Below, piece after piece: positions 61,401 through 64,000 of a DNA stretch of 64,000 nt. This DNA is from Marsupella aquatica (lineage: Eukaryota; Plantae; Marchantiophyta), in assembly GCA_973895155.1 (NCBI GenBank), contig OZ316895.1, positions 17,925,780 through 17,989,779 on the forward strand, read 5' to 3'. How positions within the stretch are numbered: position 1 is the stretch's first letter; each line of letters begins with the position of its first letter. Under the pieces are notes generated by a model. The model did no database searches. It saw nothing but the letters and a program-made list of their open reading frames with translations, and was not told the DNA's origin. The translations under genes were made by a program, and so were the position numbers.

Positions 61401-63154
61401 CCTGCATTGTTGCCGTTGCCGTTGTTGTTGCCGATGCCGATTTCTTTTCTTTCTCCAGTAGTTTCAGCAGACTCTGCATGCCTACTTGCTGCATCGGCAA
61501 GTCTTCCTTCCTGGGCCTAAACACCTGCTCGATCGTAGGACTAACAGGTGGTTGAGGCTTCTCAGCCAACGGCCTCGGCGTTGGAGCTTCCTCGGGTGCC
61601 CTTACCTGCAGGGGAAGTACCAGGGCAAAAGTCTGACTTCTGGCATACCGGCACAACAGCGGCATGTGATAGCCAAGCCGCGACACGCTCCCCATGCCGA
61701 TTACCTGCTGCTCCTCCTTTAAGATCTTCTTCAATTGGTTGAGGAGGTACCCGTTGTAGTCCCGGCTTGGGTCTGGCCTTTCTGCCAGATAGACCTGTGC
61801 CTTGCCGATCTCTGCCCTCGGCAAGTTACAATGCATGGTCACCCGCAAGAAGTCGATCATCTCTCCTATGTGCGGATTGGTGCAGGTGTTCCGGAAGAAG
61901 CCATTCTTCGTTGATGGCCCGGGGAACGACCGGAACTCCTTGTCAGGCAAGGTCTTCCTGGTATCAACTTTGGTCTTATTGCCTATCGGCAAGCCAAACA
62001 CTTCGGCAATTACCTTGGGAGTAAGATAGAAATCCTTCCCATATATCCTCGTGCAATTGGTCTCGGGTTCCCATGACCCCACGAATTCTAATAGGTCTGA
62101 CTCCGGTACCTCCGGCTTCAGCCATGGTAATCTTACAAAGGCCTCCAAGCCGGATCCGGCCATGAAGCCTTGGTACTTCTTGGTCTGCATGGCCGTAAAG
62201 CATGCATCCTCCTCCCGTGCAAAATGTAGTTGCACCTCCACCGGTAGGGTTGCCGCCCAGCCCTTCCAGGTGTCATCCCTGGTTGGAATGGCCTTGATGG
62301 GATCGACCTCCTCCTCTTCGGCTTCTCCCTGCCTCCTGCTCTGCTGCTCGGCTGGCTTCTTTGGTGCCGCCGACCTCGTTCTTTTTGCCGGGGTGGCTTC
62401 ATTGTTGACGGCTCCCTTCCTCTTCATCTCTGCTGCCGTGGAGGTTTCTCCTAGCACCGTTGCCTGGGTCCACCTTTCCGTGCTACCCTTTAATTCCCAG
62501 TGTATGTCGTTGCAGTTCTTGATGGCCTCTCGGATGCCGACGACGCTGTCTTTGCAAAACAGAAGATCGTCGAGTTGATTGGAAGTAGGCGTCCACAGGA
62601 ACTCGTCCTTGATGAGTTCGCCTCCTAAGAAAGCCATCTTTTGCAGCTCCCACAATCGAGCGAGCTCCTGCCGTTCTCGAGCTGCCCTTTCTGACTCCTC
62701 GTCCTCGTAAGTCTTGATGTACTCAGTTGCCCGTTCGAACAGGCATCCCCAGAAATGTGCCGCTTGATTGACGTTGCTCATACCCTCCTTAGGTCGATCG
62801 TCGGTATCTACTCTCTCCCCGAGTGCTTGCCTAAGCAGCTGACAGTAGTTGGCCTCCCGTAGTCGTCTGCCTAGTTCGTGCTCGCAAATGAGCCACCATC
62901 TCCTGCAAGCGCTCCTTACCCCTCTCCTCTGCCGGTCCTTCTTCCCGTTGATCCTTCCTAGCCGCCGATGCTTAACGCGCCCTAACCCTAATCGGGTTTT
63001 CACCCTTAGTCTTACCTCCGGCCTTGGCCCGGGTTCCATGGTTGCCCCTAATTGTTTATATTTTCCTTGTTTTGTCACTATACTAAGGTGTTCCTAGGGT
63101 GCCTTCCTGCTTTACCCACTTAACCGGCCGAGTGATTCCTGTCTAGGCATCACA
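58496..63154 (-). repeat. 5' LTR (4659 bp)
   Basis: Second copy of 47603-52271, followed by the PBS on the minus strand. Confidence 0.95.
59407..63078 (-). pseudogene. Second copy of the LTR-encoded accessory gene, split by one nonsense mutation
   Basis: CAG>TAG at 61015-61017 relative to the 3' LTR copy; ORFs 61015-63078 and 59407-61011 are in the same frame. Confidence 0.9.
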
Positions 63155-64000
63155 GAAGGGCATTGAGATTGACAAAGGTAAGCTAGCAATATGGCTAGAT
63201 ATCATGCAACCTAAGAACATAAAGGATGTAAGATCCTTCTTGGGATGCATTGGTTACTATCGCCGGTTCATCAAGGATTTTGCCAAGCTGGCTTTACCAT
63301 TAACCAATATGCTCAAGGCAGGAGCAGACTTCGAACCCACACCCGAACGAGTCACAGCGGTGGTAGAATTGAAGCAGATGTTAGTAGAGGCCCCAGTCAT
63401 GATAGCACCGGACTGGAACAAAGATTTTCATGTTTTTGTAGATGTCTCGGGCTTCTGTATTGGCTCAGTACTAAGTCAGTTGGATGAGAAAGGAAGGGAC
63501 CATCCCATATACTTTGCAAGCCGTCAGCTTGCCGATGCCGAACGGAACTACTCTACCACGGAAAGAGAAGCATTAGGAGTCATTTATTCTTGTAAAAAGT
63601 TTAGGCATTATTTACTAGGGTACAAGGTAATCTTTCATACTGATCATGAAAGTTTGAAGTACCTAGTCAATAAGCCGGACCTTACAGGCAGAGTAGCAAG
63701 ATGGATTTTGCTATTACAGGAGTTTGACTATGAGCTGAGGATCAAGCCGGGAAAGTTACATGCCAATGCCGACTTCTTTTCAAGGATCACAGGTAAACCT
63801 GCCACGGATTGCATCGATGATCGATTCCCCGACGAGGAGCTATTCGTTGTGGAAATAGCTGGTACATGGTACCCTGAGATTTTACAATTTCTCAGCACTT
63901 CCAGATTACAGCCAGGATTAAGCCGAGAGCAAGCCGCAGTCTTTGTGCGGAAGGTCAGACAGTATCAGTGCATTAAAGGCATACTGCACAAGCATGGAAT
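63155..64000 (+). mobile_element. Inverted partial pol (RT end-RNase H) of the same gypsy family, running off the window
   Basis: Reverse complement of 53437-54282 with only a few substitutions. Confidence 0.93.

Larger units (their letters stand above)
47603..63154 (-). mobile_element. Full-length non-chromoviral Ty3/gypsy element (Athila/Phygy-like), 15.55 kb, with 4.66-kb LTRs
   Basis: LTRs 47603-52271 and 58496-63154, with PBS, PPT, and intact gag-pro and pol. No chromodomain and no extra RNase H. Flanks are GAAGC/GAAGG and are not contiguous sequence. Confidence 0.93.

Noticed and set aside
48645-62578. Numerous plus-strand short ORFs (e.g. 48645-49304, 51168-51695, 59528-60187)
   Set aside because: They are antisense shadows of the long minus-strand ORFs and have low-complexity Ser/Phe/Leu composition.
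47598-63159. GAAGC/GAAGG as the TSD of the 15.5-kb gypsy
   Set aside because: GAAGG is native pol sequence and the two flanks come from different elements.

Overview
This is plant (probably bryophyte-type) nuclear DNA dominated by nested transposons, with one host gene: an 11-exon PTST3-like CBM48 starch-targeting gene at 23335-27733. The best candidate for an undescribed system is a 12.7-kb cut-and-paste DNA transposon at 30753-43463. It has 23-bp perfect TIRs and a 4-bp AATC TSD, and it sits inside a Ty1/copia element. It encodes an intact Sola-like/DUF7869-type DDD transposase and two cargo genes: an intron-containing ParB-like + beta-class (N4C/N6A) DNA-methyltransferase-like fusion, and an FCP1/HAD phosphatase-like gene. 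About 25 copies of an internal palindrome are scattered through it, mostly in non-coding parts. A second striking feature is a group of Ty3/gypsy-type LTRs of about 4-4.7 kb that each carry a large protein gene inside the LTR. These are a full-length 15.5-kb element with a -1 gag-pro/pol frameshift signal, a TSD-flanked solo LTR and two partial LTRs. Also present are a decayed chromovirus, a non-autonomous MULE, a copia solo LTR and an inverted pol copy at the right edge. All family assignments come from motif recognition by eye; no database searches were run.
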